Positions 37,208 to 46,409 of a stretch of DNA of 64,000 nt are shown here, piece by piece. Below the pieces are notes generated by a model that saw only the letters and a program-made list of their open reading frames with translations, had not been told where the DNA came from and searched no databases. The DNA is from Steroidobacter sp. (GTDB lineage Bacteria > Pseudomonadota > Gammaproteobacteria > Steroidobacterales > Steroidobacteraceae): positions 29,802 to 93,801 of the forward strand of contig JAICPY010000001.1 in assembly GCA_025929585.1 (NCBI GenBank), written 5' to 3'. How positions within the stretch are numbered: position 1 is the first letter of the stretch; each line of letters starts with the position of its first letter. The translations under genes were made by a program, and so were the position numbers.

Positions 37208-38707
37208 TCAGAACGTGCTCAGTCCCGTTGCTTCCATGAGCCGATAGCGCCAGTAGCGGGTTCGATCTTGATCTTCGAAAGCGCCGAACGGGGCTGTGTA
37301 CTGCGTTCCGGTCGGTCCTTCGTTGTTCCATAAGCGATCGAAGTACGTTTGCATTTGCTTCGCAATATCGGAACTCAGTGGCGCACTGAGCGCAACATTC
37401 GCCTCGAGATTGTAGTTACCTAAATTTCGTCGAGTCAGATTCGCCGAGCCGATCGATGCGACGATGCGTTCGGCTCGTGTAATCAGCGCGAGCTTCGTGT
37501 GGAACTGCTCGCCGTGAGTCCGGTACCAGCGCACTTCTATATTCTCATCCGCCTGTGTCATCAATTCATTCGCCACCGGGCGATTGGGAACCCCGTCTTT
37601 CTGCCGACCGAACGCATCGCGATTCGGATCCAAGATGAGCCGAATCCGCACATTGCGTGTAGCGGCACGCAGCAGCGCATCGATTACGGATCGATCGGAT
37701 AAATAGAAAGTCGCAATCGAGATGTCATCCCCATTGCGAGTGACATTGATTTCGCCGAGCAGATGGTCGCGAATGGCTTCTTCAGTGAGGAAACTCATCT
37801 GAACCCCGGAGTCGGCTGTAGCATCTTGCTCAATGTCGAGGTTCTCGACATAAATATGCCCGCGCCATCCGGAAAAGCGAGCGATGGCCATTTCGCTGCT
37901 GAGAATGTCTTGTGCGATCGGGCCGCTGAATGCAAGCGCAACGTTGGAATGGGCACTACTCGCATCATGTGGGTTTGCGGAAGTGACCAGTGCGGCCAGC
38001 GTATCGTCGCTTCGGTCCGCGACGATGAGCTTGCGATGGTTGGCTTTGAAGTTGAGCAACGCGAGCCAGCTGCGCAAGGTGATCTGCGAGTCTTGAGCGA
38101 AAGGATTCGGCATCCAACCGCCTGTCGTGGAGTTGCCCGACCACTGCACGAATGTGCGCCAAAAAGCGGAGTACAACGGGTTGGAATCTCGCAGTGCTTC
38201 CAAGTCCGTGATGATGACTTCGATACCCGCTGCACGCATCGCCTCGATGAGAGGCGAGCTCACTCCACCATAGACCTCGTTGATCGGATCGGTGATGAAT
38301 AGCACCGACAAGCCGGGCTTCTGCTCCTTACGAGCAATTAACCGATCGACGATTTGCCGACTCAGCGGCCGATGAATCTCATTCTCGGCGCCCATAAGAT
38401 CGTTCACCAGAAAAAAATCGGCCACTACGAAGGTTTCTGCTTCATCGATGATGCGAAACACCTCATCGAAGATGCGCTGCTCGTACAAGGGTTGACCGAA
38501 AGAATCGGCGTAAGTGAGATCGTAAAGGAAGCGAACACGCTCGGCGGGCAACTGCGTGGATGGAGATTGGATGTCTGTGCCTGGGGGCATTGGCTTATGT
38601 GTTTGCCAAGCGGCCGTGCCCAGCCACCACGCGAGAAGCGCGCTCCAGATCCATCGTTTGCGCAGACGGCGCCGACGCAATGATTGTTCTTCGAGGTATG
38701 AGAGCAT
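37208..38707 (-). CDS. Phospholipase D superfamily protein (cardiolipin synthase-like)
   Basis: HKD motif NHRKLIVAD, second degenerate motif FHTKLALIT...GSANL; N-terminal TM. Confidence 0.87.
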   Translation of the reverse strand: MLSYLEEQSLRRRRLRKRWIWSALLAWWLGTAAWQTHKPMPPGTDIQSPSTQLPAERVRFLYDLTYADSFGQPLYEQRIFDEVFRIIDEAETFVVADFFLVNDLMGAENEIHRPLSRQIVDRLIARKEQKPGLSVLFITDPINEVYGGVSSPLIEAMRAAGIEVIITDLEALRDSNPLYSAFWRTFVQWSGNSTTGGWMPNPFAQDSQITLRSWLALLNFKANHRKLIVADRSDDTLAALVTSANPHDASSAHSNVALAFSGPIAQDILSSEMAIARFSGWRGHIYVENLDIEQDATADSGVQMSFLTEEAIRDHLLGEINVTRNGDDISIATFYLSDRSVIDALLRAATRNVRIRLILDPNRDAFGRQKDGVPNRPVANELMTQADENIEVRWYRTHGEQFHTKLALITRAERIVASIGSANLTRRNLGNYNLEANVALSAPLSSDIAKQMQTYFDRLWNNEGPTGTQYTAPFGAFEDQDRTRYWRYRLMEATGLSTF

Positions 38708-38834
38708 GTTAAGGAGCGGGGCGTTGCGCGATGAGCGACTCTACCGGAAGATCCGTGTCGCTCGCGACTCACTCGCCCGGGAAACGTGATGCTATTCTTG
38801 CGTGAGGGTAATGGCGAAAGCCATTCGCGAAAGG

Positions 38835-38905
38835 GTTGACTGTTGACTATTGACAGTTGACGGTCAGAGAAAGACGCCGATTCCGGCTGTCAACCGTCAA
38901 CTGAC
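38835..38905. repeat. Inverted 7-mer array, GTTGAC type
   Basis: Four units then GTCAGA (38863); TTCCGGC then two (T/C)GTCAAC units. Confidence 0.88.
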
Positions 38906-38941
38906 GCTTAAGTAAGCGTCATTGAGACTTGGGGGGTAGTA

Positions 38942-40369
38942 ATGACGACGATCGATCGACGCACGCTGATCAAATCTGCGGGAGGACTGGCCCTAGGCCT
39001 TGCAACGTTAGGGCATGCCGCACAGGCGCGGAAGCGCTTTGCGATCGTTGGCATGGGCTCGCGGGCCCGCATGTATCAAGAAGCGATCACGGGCAAATAT
39101 CGAGAGGGCAACGAGCTGGTTGCGTTGTGCGATACCAATCCGGGTCGACTTGCGCTGGCGGCCAAGACGGCAACGCAAGCTGGCTCGAGCCCGAAAACGT
39201 ATTCGGCCGCTCAATTCGATCGACTGCTAAGCGAAAGCAAGCCGGATGTCGTAATCGTTACGACGCCCGACGCCACGCATGATGACTACATCGTGCGGGC
39301 ACTCGATGGCGGCTGCGATGCGATCACCGAGAAGCCGATGACGACGACGTCCGAGAAAGCGCAGCGCATTCTCGATGCCTGCAAGCGCAACAATCGGCAC
39401 GTTCGCGTGACGTTCAACTATCGCTATTCGCCACCTCGCACGCAGGTCAAGGATCTGCTGATGAACAACGCGATCGGCGATGTGCTTTCGGTGGATTTCA
39501 ATTGGCTGTTGAACACGGTGCATGGCGCGGACTACTTCAGACGCTGGCACAGCCAGAAGAAAATTTCCGGGGGGTTGATGGTGCACAAAGCGACGCACCA
39601 CTTCGACTTGGTCAACTGGTGGCTCGGGGCGCAGCCTGAGCTCGTGCTCGCATACGGCAAGCGAGAGTTCTATACGCCGGCGACAGCAAAGCGAATGGGA
39701 TTGAAGAGCCATCACCAACGCTGCCGCACGTGTCCCGAGAAAACCGATTGCTCCTTCTACTTCGATCTGTCAGCGGATCCCGGCTTGAAGGCGCTGTATT
39801 GGGATAACGAACATCACGACGGCTATTTCCGCGATCAGTGCGTTTGGCGGCCGGAGATCGACATCGAAGACACGATGAATGTCATCGTGAAGTACAACAC
39901 CGGCGCTACCTTGAGCTACTCGTTGAACGCCTGCAATTCGTGGGAGGGATATCAGATTGCGTTCAACGGTACCAAAGGCCGCATCGAGCATCAGATCGTG
40001 GAACAAGCGTACGTTGCCGGCGCCACCATGACCCAAGGCGGCATCGAAGATGAAGGTGTGCGAACTCGCGTCATTCCTTTGCGTGGCGTACCCGAGGAGC
40101 TCAAGCCCTGGACCGGCACGGGAGGTCATGGCGGCGGTGATGATGTCATGCTCAACGAGATCTTCGGGACTGCGCAGCCCGATAAATACAAGCGCGCTTC
40201 GGATCAGCGCGGAGGTGCGTACTCGATCCTAGTCGGCGCCGCTGCGAATCGCTGCTTCGAAACCGGGCAGGCAGTGAAAATCGCCGACATGGTTACAGGT
40301 TTGACGCCGCCCGACGGCGCGCCAATGCCGACGCGTGAAACGCGGATTCCAATGCCCAAACGTGTCTAA
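38942..40369 (+). CDS. Gfo/Idh/MocA family oxidoreductase with Tat signal
   Basis: DRRTLIK twin-Arg leader, IVGMGSRA, EKPM motif, HKATHHFD, GHGGGD. Confidence 0.9.
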   Translation: MTTIDRRTLIKSAGGLALGLATLGHAAQARKRFAIVGMGSRARMYQEAITGKYREGNELVALCDTNPGRLALAAKTATQAGSSPKTYSAAQFDRLLSESKPDVVIVTTPDATHDDYIVRALDGGCDAITEKPMTTTSEKAQRILDACKRNNRHVRVTFNYRYSPPRTQVKDLLMNNAIGDVLSVDFNWLLNTVHGADYFRRWHSQKKISGGLMVHKATHHFDLVNWWLGAQPELVLAYGKREFYTPATAKRMGLKSHHQRCRTCPEKTDCSFYFDLSADPGLKALYWDNEHHDGYFRDQCVWRPEIDIEDTMNVIVKYNTGATLSYSLNACNSWEGYQIAFNGTKGRIEHQIVEQAYVAGATMTQGGIEDEGVRTRVIPLRGVPEELKPWTGTGGHGGGDDVMLNEIFGTAQPDKYKRASDQRGGAYSILVGAAANRCFETGQAVKIADMVTGLTPPDGAPMPTRETRIPMPKRV

Positions 40370-40483
40370 TTGGCGTGTCTGAAATTGGACACATCAGCGA
40401 GCCGTCGCCGGCGGCTCGCTTCGAAGCTGCGCTGCACAACGAACGACTTGACTAAACTAGTTTGGAAATGAGCGCCGGAATGT

Positions 40484-40512
40484 TTGACAACGCGCATCGA
40501 TGATCGCGTAAT
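40484..40512 (+). promoter_or_regulatory. Candidate sigma70 promoter for the small lipoprotein gene
   Basis: TTGACA (40484) - 17 bp - CGTAAT (40507). Confidence 0.35.
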
Positions 40513-40571
40513 GATCGGGCCAAGGCTCGATCAATTAATCTTCCACCGATGTCTGTCAATGGAGACGGCCA

Positions 40572-40778
40572 ATGAAGATGAATGCACAGCTCATCCTTGC
40601 CGCGCTGATCGCCGGTCTTTGTTTATCCGGGTGTAACAAGCAATCGGAAGAAGCTGAGAGCGCGGCGAATACACAAGCCACTGCGCCCGCTGCTGGAAAC
40701 GAAACGGCCGCAAATGCATCAGGAACCACGACCTACTTCGGAACGGAAGAAGAGCAGACACAGCCAGCGCAGAACTAA
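40572..40778 (+). CDS. Small lipoprotein, unknown function (68 aa)
   Basis: Signal peptide with lipobox LSGC, Ala/Thr/Glu-rich tail, RBS GGAG. Confidence 0.65.
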   Translation: MKMNAQLILAALIAGLCLSGCNKQSEEAESAANTQATAPAAGNETAANASGTTTYFGTEEEQTQPAQN

Positions 40779-40796
40779 AGGGCGGTGTCGCCGCTC

Positions 40797-41924
40797 TCAT
40801 CTCGATTTCAGTGCCTGATCGAGATCCGCGATCAGATCGTCGCTGTGTTCGAGGCCCACGGAAACTCGCAGCAAGTTGGGTGGCGTAACTGTATGAGGAC
40901 CTTCGACTGATTGGCGGTGCTCGATCAAGGATTCGACGCCGCCAAGGCTGGTTGCGCGCGAGAAAATCTTGAGGCGGGCCGCGACGGCAAACGCTCGCTG
41001 GCGGTCGCCGCGCACGCAGAATGACAACATCGCGCCAAAGCCGCCCTTCATCTGCTTGCGAGCGATTGCATGGTTTTTATGCGAGCTCAAACCAGGATAG
41101 AACACCTGCTCGATAGCATCGTGCTTCGCTAAGTGCTCCGCGAGCTTGAGCGCGTTGTCGGTCTGTGCTCGGACGCGGCAAGGAAGTGTCGTGAGACTGC
41201 GGCGAATAAGCCAGCAGTCGAACGGCGAGGGCACAGCTCCAGCGACGGCTTGATACGCGCGCAACTTGTCGGCGATCTCGCCGCACTCGCGCACGATAAC
41301 GGCACCACCCATCACATCACTATGTCCGCCGAAGTATTTTGTGCTCGAGTGCATGATGAGGTCGGCCCCAAGCTCGAAAGGACGCTGCCAAACCGGCGTC
41401 GCAAACGTATTGTCACAGCAGACCAACGCGCCATGTTCATGAGCTAACGCGGCGAGCGCCGCTATGTCCGTGATGTTGAGCATGGGATTGGACGGCGTTT
41501 CGATCCAAACCATTCGCGCACCGGAGCTCAAGGCTTCGCGGGCTTTGTTCAAGTCCGTCAGATCGACGAATGAAGTGCGCACTCCCATGGGTGCCAGCAA
41601 ATCGCGTAACTGCTGAGCCGTGCCGTGATACGCCTCGATTGGCGCCACAACGTGCTCGCCGGGTCGAAGAAGGCTGAAAACCGCTAAAGACGCTGCCGAG
41701 CCGCTCGCATACGTCGTTGCATCCACGCCGCCTTCCAAGGCAGCCAAACATTGCTCCAACGCTCTTCGGCCGGGGTTCTCCGCACGCGCATACGTATAGC
41801 CGCGAGAGAATGCTCCATCGGCGTCCCGCTCGAACGTCGTGGTCATATGAATTGCCGGCGCGATGTCACCGGCATCGCGCTCGATCTCACGACCGATGCG
41901 GATGGAGAGGGTTTCGAGTTTCAT
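40797..41924 (-). CDS. Cys/Met metabolism PLP enzyme (cystathionine gamma-synthase/lyase family)
   Basis: YARAENP, ETPSNP, DNTFATP, HSSTKYFGGHSD (PLP lysine), SLGGVESL, RVSVGLE. Start at 41924. Confidence 0.93.
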   Translation of the reverse strand: MKLETLSIRIGREIERDAGDIAPAIHMTTTFERDADGAFSRGYTYARAENPGRRALEQCLAALEGGVDATTYASGSAASLAVFSLLRPGEHVVAPIEAYHGTAQQLRDLLAPMGVRTSFVDLTDLNKAREALSSGARMVWIETPSNPMLNITDIAALAALAHEHGALVCCDNTFATPVWQRPFELGADLIMHSSTKYFGGHSDVMGGAVIVRECGEIADKLRAYQAVAGAVPSPFDCWLIRRSLTTLPCRVRAQTDNALKLAEHLAKHDAIEQVFYPGLSSHKNHAIARKQMKGGFGAMLSFCVRGDRQRAFAVAARLKIFSRATSLGGVESLIEHRQSVEGPHTVTPPNLLRVSVGLEHSDDLIADLDQALKSR

Positions 41925-41933
41925 GGAGTTTTG

Positions 41934-42155
41934 GTGACGGAGTGACGAGTGACGGGTGACGGGCAAGAGAAGAGGAATCGCGATGCGAACTTACAACGTA
42001 GGGTATTTCGTGTCGACTCGCAGCAGCACGAGGAGTGAGTTGACGGTTGACAGTTGGCTGTTGACAGCAAGATAAAGAATACACACGCTTCGCCGTCACC
42101 CGTCACCCGTCACCCGTCACCCGTCACCCGTCACCCGTCACCCGTCACCCGTCAC
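41934..42155. repeat. Composite array locus
   Basis: GTGACG(A/G) x4 (41934-41962), GTTGAC-type x4 (42039-42066), CCGTCAC x9 perfect (42093-42155). Confidence 0.95.
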
Positions 42156-42190
42156 CCGCCGATCTCCCTGAGCGCGTCGAAGGGCCGTCA

Positions 42191-45100
42191 CTATCCCGCG
42201 GCTGGCGAAGGCTCTACGGCAATAGATCGGCCACCATCTTCAGTCACCTGTGCGCGCTCAACAGCAGGCGGCATCAGTTTGTACATCACCGGCGTGACGA
42301 GCCGCGACAGAAGAGTTGAGGAGATGAGTCCACCGATGATCACCCATGCCATCGGCGAATATAGACCGATGTTCTGCACGGCCAACGGAAGCAGACCGCC
42401 GATCGCGGTCGCGGAGGTCAGCAAGATGGGTAAGAACCGGATCTCACCTGCTTGCTCGATCGCTTCGTCCAGTGGCACGCCTTCGCGTCGCAGCTGATTC
42501 GTGAAATCCACCATCAGGATCGAGTTCTTGATCTCGATGCCGATCAGCGCGATGAAGCCGATGCTGGCCGTAAACGACATCGAGTTGCCTGTGACAAGGA
42601 GCATCAAAAACCCGCCCAGCACACCGAGTGGAACGACTGTGAGCACGATCAGCGTAGATTTGAAGTTGCCGAACTCCAATACGAGCACGGCGAAGATGCC
42701 GAACAGCGCGACGATAATCGCCGTGCCGATGCCGCCGAAGGATTCTGCGCTGGATTGCGCTTCACCGCCCAGTACGTAGCGATAGCCGCGCGGCCATTGC
42801 ATTTCATCCAGGCGCTCGATGACTTCGCTCGTGACCTTCGCTGTATTGAAGTCGCGCTGCACGTCTGCGTCGATCGTTACCGCGCGTTCGCGGTTGTAGC
42901 GCTGGATCTGCGTAGGAGCCTTCTCGAACTCCAGACGCGCGAGTTGCGAGATCGGTAATGTCGCTCCGGAGAGCGTCGGCACGCGCACTTCACTCAATGC
43001 ATCCAGATCGGCCCGCACTCCCACGGGAGTGCGCACGACGATGTCGTATTGCTCACCGCTGGGATCCTTGAACGTCCCGGCCGGGATGCCTGCTACCGAA
43101 AGCCGCACCGCGCGATCGAACTCCACGGTCGGTACACCCAGCAAACTGGCTTTCTGCGGGTCGATGGCTAGGCGCAAGTTGGTACGCGCGACCTTGAGCG
43201 GATTGAGTACATCGCGCGTGCCGGGCGTCTGCTCGATGAGCGTCTCGACTTTCCGCGCCAGATCTTCGATCACTTCCAAATCGCGACCGATCACTCTGAC
43301 TGCGATGGGTGCGGTGATCGGTGGACCGTTCACAAACTCTTTGACGTAGATGCGCGCGTTCGGATAGCCATCGAGCTTTGCCCTCAAGTCATCCAGACGC
43401 TGCGGCGTCTTACGGGTGTCGTAATCCTGCAGTTGCACGAACACTTCCGCATAGTTCGATGCGTCATTGCGCACGATGTGGTTGTAGTAGATCTGCGGAT
43501 TGCCGTGCCCGAGGTTCGAGAACCAGCTCTTCACCTCGGTCATCTTTGCAAGTTCGCTCTCCACGAAGCGCAGCGCGTTATCCGTTTCGTTCAAGCTTGT
43601 GCCATTCGGCGCTTCGATCGAGATCAGAAACTGCGGCGTGTCGGCCTTGGGAAATAAGCTGCTGCCGACGATGGGCACGAGAATCGCCGAGACCAGTAGT
43701 GAGCCACCGATAGCGACGATGACAGTTCGTTTCGGTCGCGCAAGACAGTAGTGCAGGGCGGGTCGGTAGTATCGATGGATCGCACCCATCACTCGCTGCA
43801 GGATGCGATTGCCGTGAGGATCCTGATTCTCCTTCAATACTCGGCTCGCCAAGAACGGGATGATGAACAGCGCAATCAGAAGCGATCCTACGATGGTTGC
43901 GACGACGGTCATGGGCAGAACTCGAATGAACTTTCCCGGCGTGCCAGGCAGCGCAAGCAAGGGTAAGAACGCGAAAATGAGCGTCGCCGTACAACCAATG
44001 ATTGCAACGAAAATTTGCCGCGTCCCGGCGAGTGCGGCTTGAACGCGAGAGACACCGCTTCGAAGATGCCGGGCAATGTTCTCGGTCACGACGATGGAAT
44101 CATCGACCAGCAGCCCGAGCGCGACCACGAACCCGGCGATCGATAGCTGGTTCAACGAGTAGCCGAGCGAGTACAGAACGGTGAGCCCAAAGGCGAGCGA
44201 CAACGGAATGGATATCATGACGATTCCGGCGGCTCGCCAGCCGAGCGGTAGCAGCGTCAGCATCACGAGGCTGATGGCGATGCCAAAGTCCGTGTACAGG
44301 CGGGAAAGACGCGAGCCGACATTGCGCGATTGATCGAAGCCTCGTTCGAGCTTGATGCGCTTGGGAAGCCCTGCTTCGAAGCGTTGCAGCGCCTCGTCTA
44401 CGCGCTCGCGCACGTCGAGGATGTTGTAGCCCTCCTTTTGATTCGCCGTGACGAATACCGCGCGTTGGCCGTTGAAGCGCCCGACATAGCTCCAGGGCTG
44501 CGATTCCCATTGCACGTCCGCGATATCGCGAATGCGAACGATGCGACCCTGGTACGAAGCGACGACCGTGTCTCTTACCTGATCGAGTGATGTGTAACTG
44601 CCGGATGTCTTCAGACTGAAGCTCCGCGGGCCCAAATCGACCACGCCGGCCGGTACGTTAGCGTTCTCGCTCTCGATCGCTTGGATAACGCGGCCCGGCG
44701 TCAGGCCAAGCTCGGACATGCGCTTGAGGTCAACCTCGACCCGCAACTCTCGCTTCGGATAGGCCCACATCTCGGAGGTGCGGATTCCATCGACAGTTTT
44801 CAGCGTGTCTTTGAGCTCGCGTGCATAATCTTCCATCTCTCGATACGAAGCGTCGTCTGAGACGAGCGCCAATTGCACGATGTTCACGAGCCCCGGGCTG
44901 AGCTTGCGAATTTCGATCATTGCAATATCTTGCGGCAGCTCCGGACGCAGGGCGTTGATCTCGCGCGTTACCTCGTCATATTTCTTCTCCGCGTCGGTCG
45001 AGGCGAGGAACTCGATTGCAACGAACGCGACGCCATCGGTAATCGTCGTTTCGATCGTTTTGACGTCGTCGAGCTCCGCTAGCCGGTCCTCGATCGGCTT

Positions 45101-45292
45101 CGCAACCAGCCTCTCCAAGTCCTTGGGATCCGCGCCTGGGTAAATTGTCGAGATGAAGAAGCCCGAGATCTTGAAGAACGGATCTTCTTCACGCGGCACA
45201 CTGGCAAATGCAAACCAACCCATGACGATGAGGCATAGGAAGGTCACTAGAGTGAACTGATAACGACGAACCGGAAATTCTAGGAAACGCAT
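42191..45292 (-). CDS. RND efflux permease (AcrB/AcrD/AcrF family)
   Basis: 1033 aa, YPGADP, GLLVDDSIVVTEN, KNSILMVDF, RFLPILLTS. Confidence 0.95.
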   Translation of the reverse strand: MRFLEFPVRRYQFTLVTFLCLIVMGWFAFASVPREEDPFFKISGFFISTIYPGADPKDLERLVAKPIEDRLAELDDVKTIETTITDGVAFVAIEFLASTDAEKKYDEVTREINALRPELPQDIAMIEIRKLSPGLVNIVQLALVSDDASYREMEDYARELKDTLKTVDGIRTSEMWAYPKRELRVEVDLKRMSELGLTPGRVIQAIESENANVPAGVVDLGPRSFSLKTSGSYTSLDQVRDTVVASYQGRIVRIRDIADVQWESQPWSYVGRFNGQRAVFVTANQKEGYNILDVRERVDEALQRFEAGLPKRIKLERGFDQSRNVGSRLSRLYTDFGIAISLVMLTLLPLGWRAAGIVMISIPLSLAFGLTVLYSLGYSLNQLSIAGFVVALGLLVDDSIVVTENIARHLRSGVSRVQAALAGTRQIFVAIIGCTATLIFAFLPLLALPGTPGKFIRVLPMTVVATIVGSLLIALFIIPFLASRVLKENQDPHGNRILQRVMGAIHRYYRPALHYCLARPKRTVIVAIGGSLLVSAILVPIVGSSLFPKADTPQFLISIEAPNGTSLNETDNALRFVESELAKMTEVKSWFSNLGHGNPQIYYNHIVRNDASNYAEVFVQLQDYDTRKTPQRLDDLRAKLDGYPNARIYVKEFVNGPPITAPIAVRVIGRDLEVIEDLARKVETLIEQTPGTRDVLNPLKVARTNLRLAIDPQKASLLGVPTVEFDRAVRLSVAGIPAGTFKDPSGEQYDIVVRTPVGVRADLDALSEVRVPTLSGATLPISQLARLEFEKAPTQIQRYNRERAVTIDADVQRDFNTAKVTSEVIERLDEMQWPRGYRYVLGGEAQSSAESFGGIGTAIIVALFGIFAVLVLEFGNFKSTLIVLTVVPLGVLGGFLMLLVTGNSMSFTASIGFIALIGIEIKNSILMVDFTNQLRREGVPLDEAIEQAGEIRFLPILLTSATAIGGLLPLAVQNIGLYSPMAWVIIGGLISSTLLSRLVTPVMYKLMPPAVERAQVTEDGGRSIAVEPSPAAG

Positions 45293-45353
45293 GATTCGGC
45301 ACCGATGAAATGTGGGTGTGAAGGGCGTTAGGTCGAAAGAGTTGACGCAACTA

Positions 45354-45369
45354 CTAACCGCTAACCGCT
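45354..45369. repeat. Short CTAACCG x2 arm at the MFP stop
   Basis: Complement of the GCGGTTA unit; contains the stop codon of the adaptor gene. Confidence 0.55.
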
Positions 45370-46409
45370 TCCTTCACGATGCTGATCTCCTCGCCGTCCT
45401 CGAGGTACAGGGCGCCATCGGTGATCACTTGCTCTCCGGCTTCGATACCGGCTTGCAATGCGACGTGGTCCTGCTCGATGAACGCGACATTCACATCGCG
45501 GCGGCGTGCATGGCCTTTTTCGAGCACGAAGACGCTCGCGCGATCTCCCTCACCTTCGACGATCGCCGCAATCGGTACGTACACCCGAGACCCCCAGCTC
45601 GCGGCTGAAGGGGCAATGGTGAGTTTCGCGACGAGTCCGCTCTTGAGTGCAACGTCCGGCGCGGTGAGTCCAACTTCCACGGTAAACAAGCCACTCGATG
45701 GGTCCGCGGCGCTCGCCACTTCTGTCACCGTGCCTTCGAGAGTGCGATCAGGCAAAGCATCCAGTCGAACCTCGGCGCGATCGCCCACCTTCACCTGCAC
45801 GATTTCGCGATCCGCGAGTCCCGCACGCACGACGAAACCCTCGTCCTTCGCGCCCAACTCAAGAATGGGAGCACCAGGGGCGATGAGCTCACGTTCTTCC
45901 GCCAGGCGCCGTAAGACAGTCCCATCGTGAAGGGCAACGATCGTGGCGTAGTTGCGATTGAACTGCGCTGCCCGAAGCGCAGCTTCAGTCACTGCAGTCT
46001 GGGTCTTTAAATCTTGCAGTTGCTCCAGACTGATGACTTGGTCCGCGTACAGCCGCTCGCCTCGCTGCAGATCGCGCTGGGCTTTCTCGTGAGCCTGGCG
46101 CGCTTGCTCGACCTGCGCATCGATCTCGGTTTGCTCGATCTCCGCGAGTATCTGGCCTGCACGCACCGAGTCACCCTCGTTGACCGAGATGCGCCGAATG
46201 ACGCCACCGACTTTGAACGAGAGCCGAAACTCGTCTTTGTTGGCAAGCATGCCGTTGGTGCGAATCGGTGGCGCCCCCGGTCCTGCTTGGGCCTTGGCTA
46301 CTCGTACCGGCGTGGCTGGTGTGTCCAGTTCTCCGTTCGACTCCGCGCACGCTTGCAGCACGAGAATGCTTAGAAGCGGGAGAGACAAGAAAAGCGCGCG
46401 CATGTTCAA
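45354..46409 (-). CDS. RND periplasmic adaptor (MFP)
   Basis: LSFKVGGVI, lipoyl half-motifs, helical hairpin, ITDGALYL; overlaps the TolC-family stop. Confidence 0.93.
   Translation of the reverse strand: MNMRALFLSLPLLSILVLQACAESNGELDTPATPVRVAKAQAGPGAPPIRTNGMLANKDEFRLSFKVGGVIRRISVNEGDSVRAGQILAEIEQTEIDAQVEQARQAHEKAQRDLQRGERLYADQVISLEQLQDLKTQTAVTEAALRAAQFNRNYATIVALHDGTVLRRLAEERELIAPGAPILELGAKDEGFVVRAGLADREIVQVKVGDRAEVRLDALPDRTLEGTVTEVASAADPSSGLFTVEVGLTAPDVALKSGLVAKLTIAPSAASWGSRVYVPIAAIVEGEGDRASVFVLEKGHARRRDVNVAFIEQDHVALQAGIEAGEQVITDGALYLEDGEEISIVKEAVSG

Noticed and set aside
41934-42155. Tandem arrays as a CRISPR array
   Set aside because: Units are 7-9 nt and contiguous, with no unique spacers and no cas genes.
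41925-42190. SAM or other riboswitch upstream of the Cys/Met enzyme
   Set aside because: No recognisable aptamer motifs; the region is occupied by repeat arrays.
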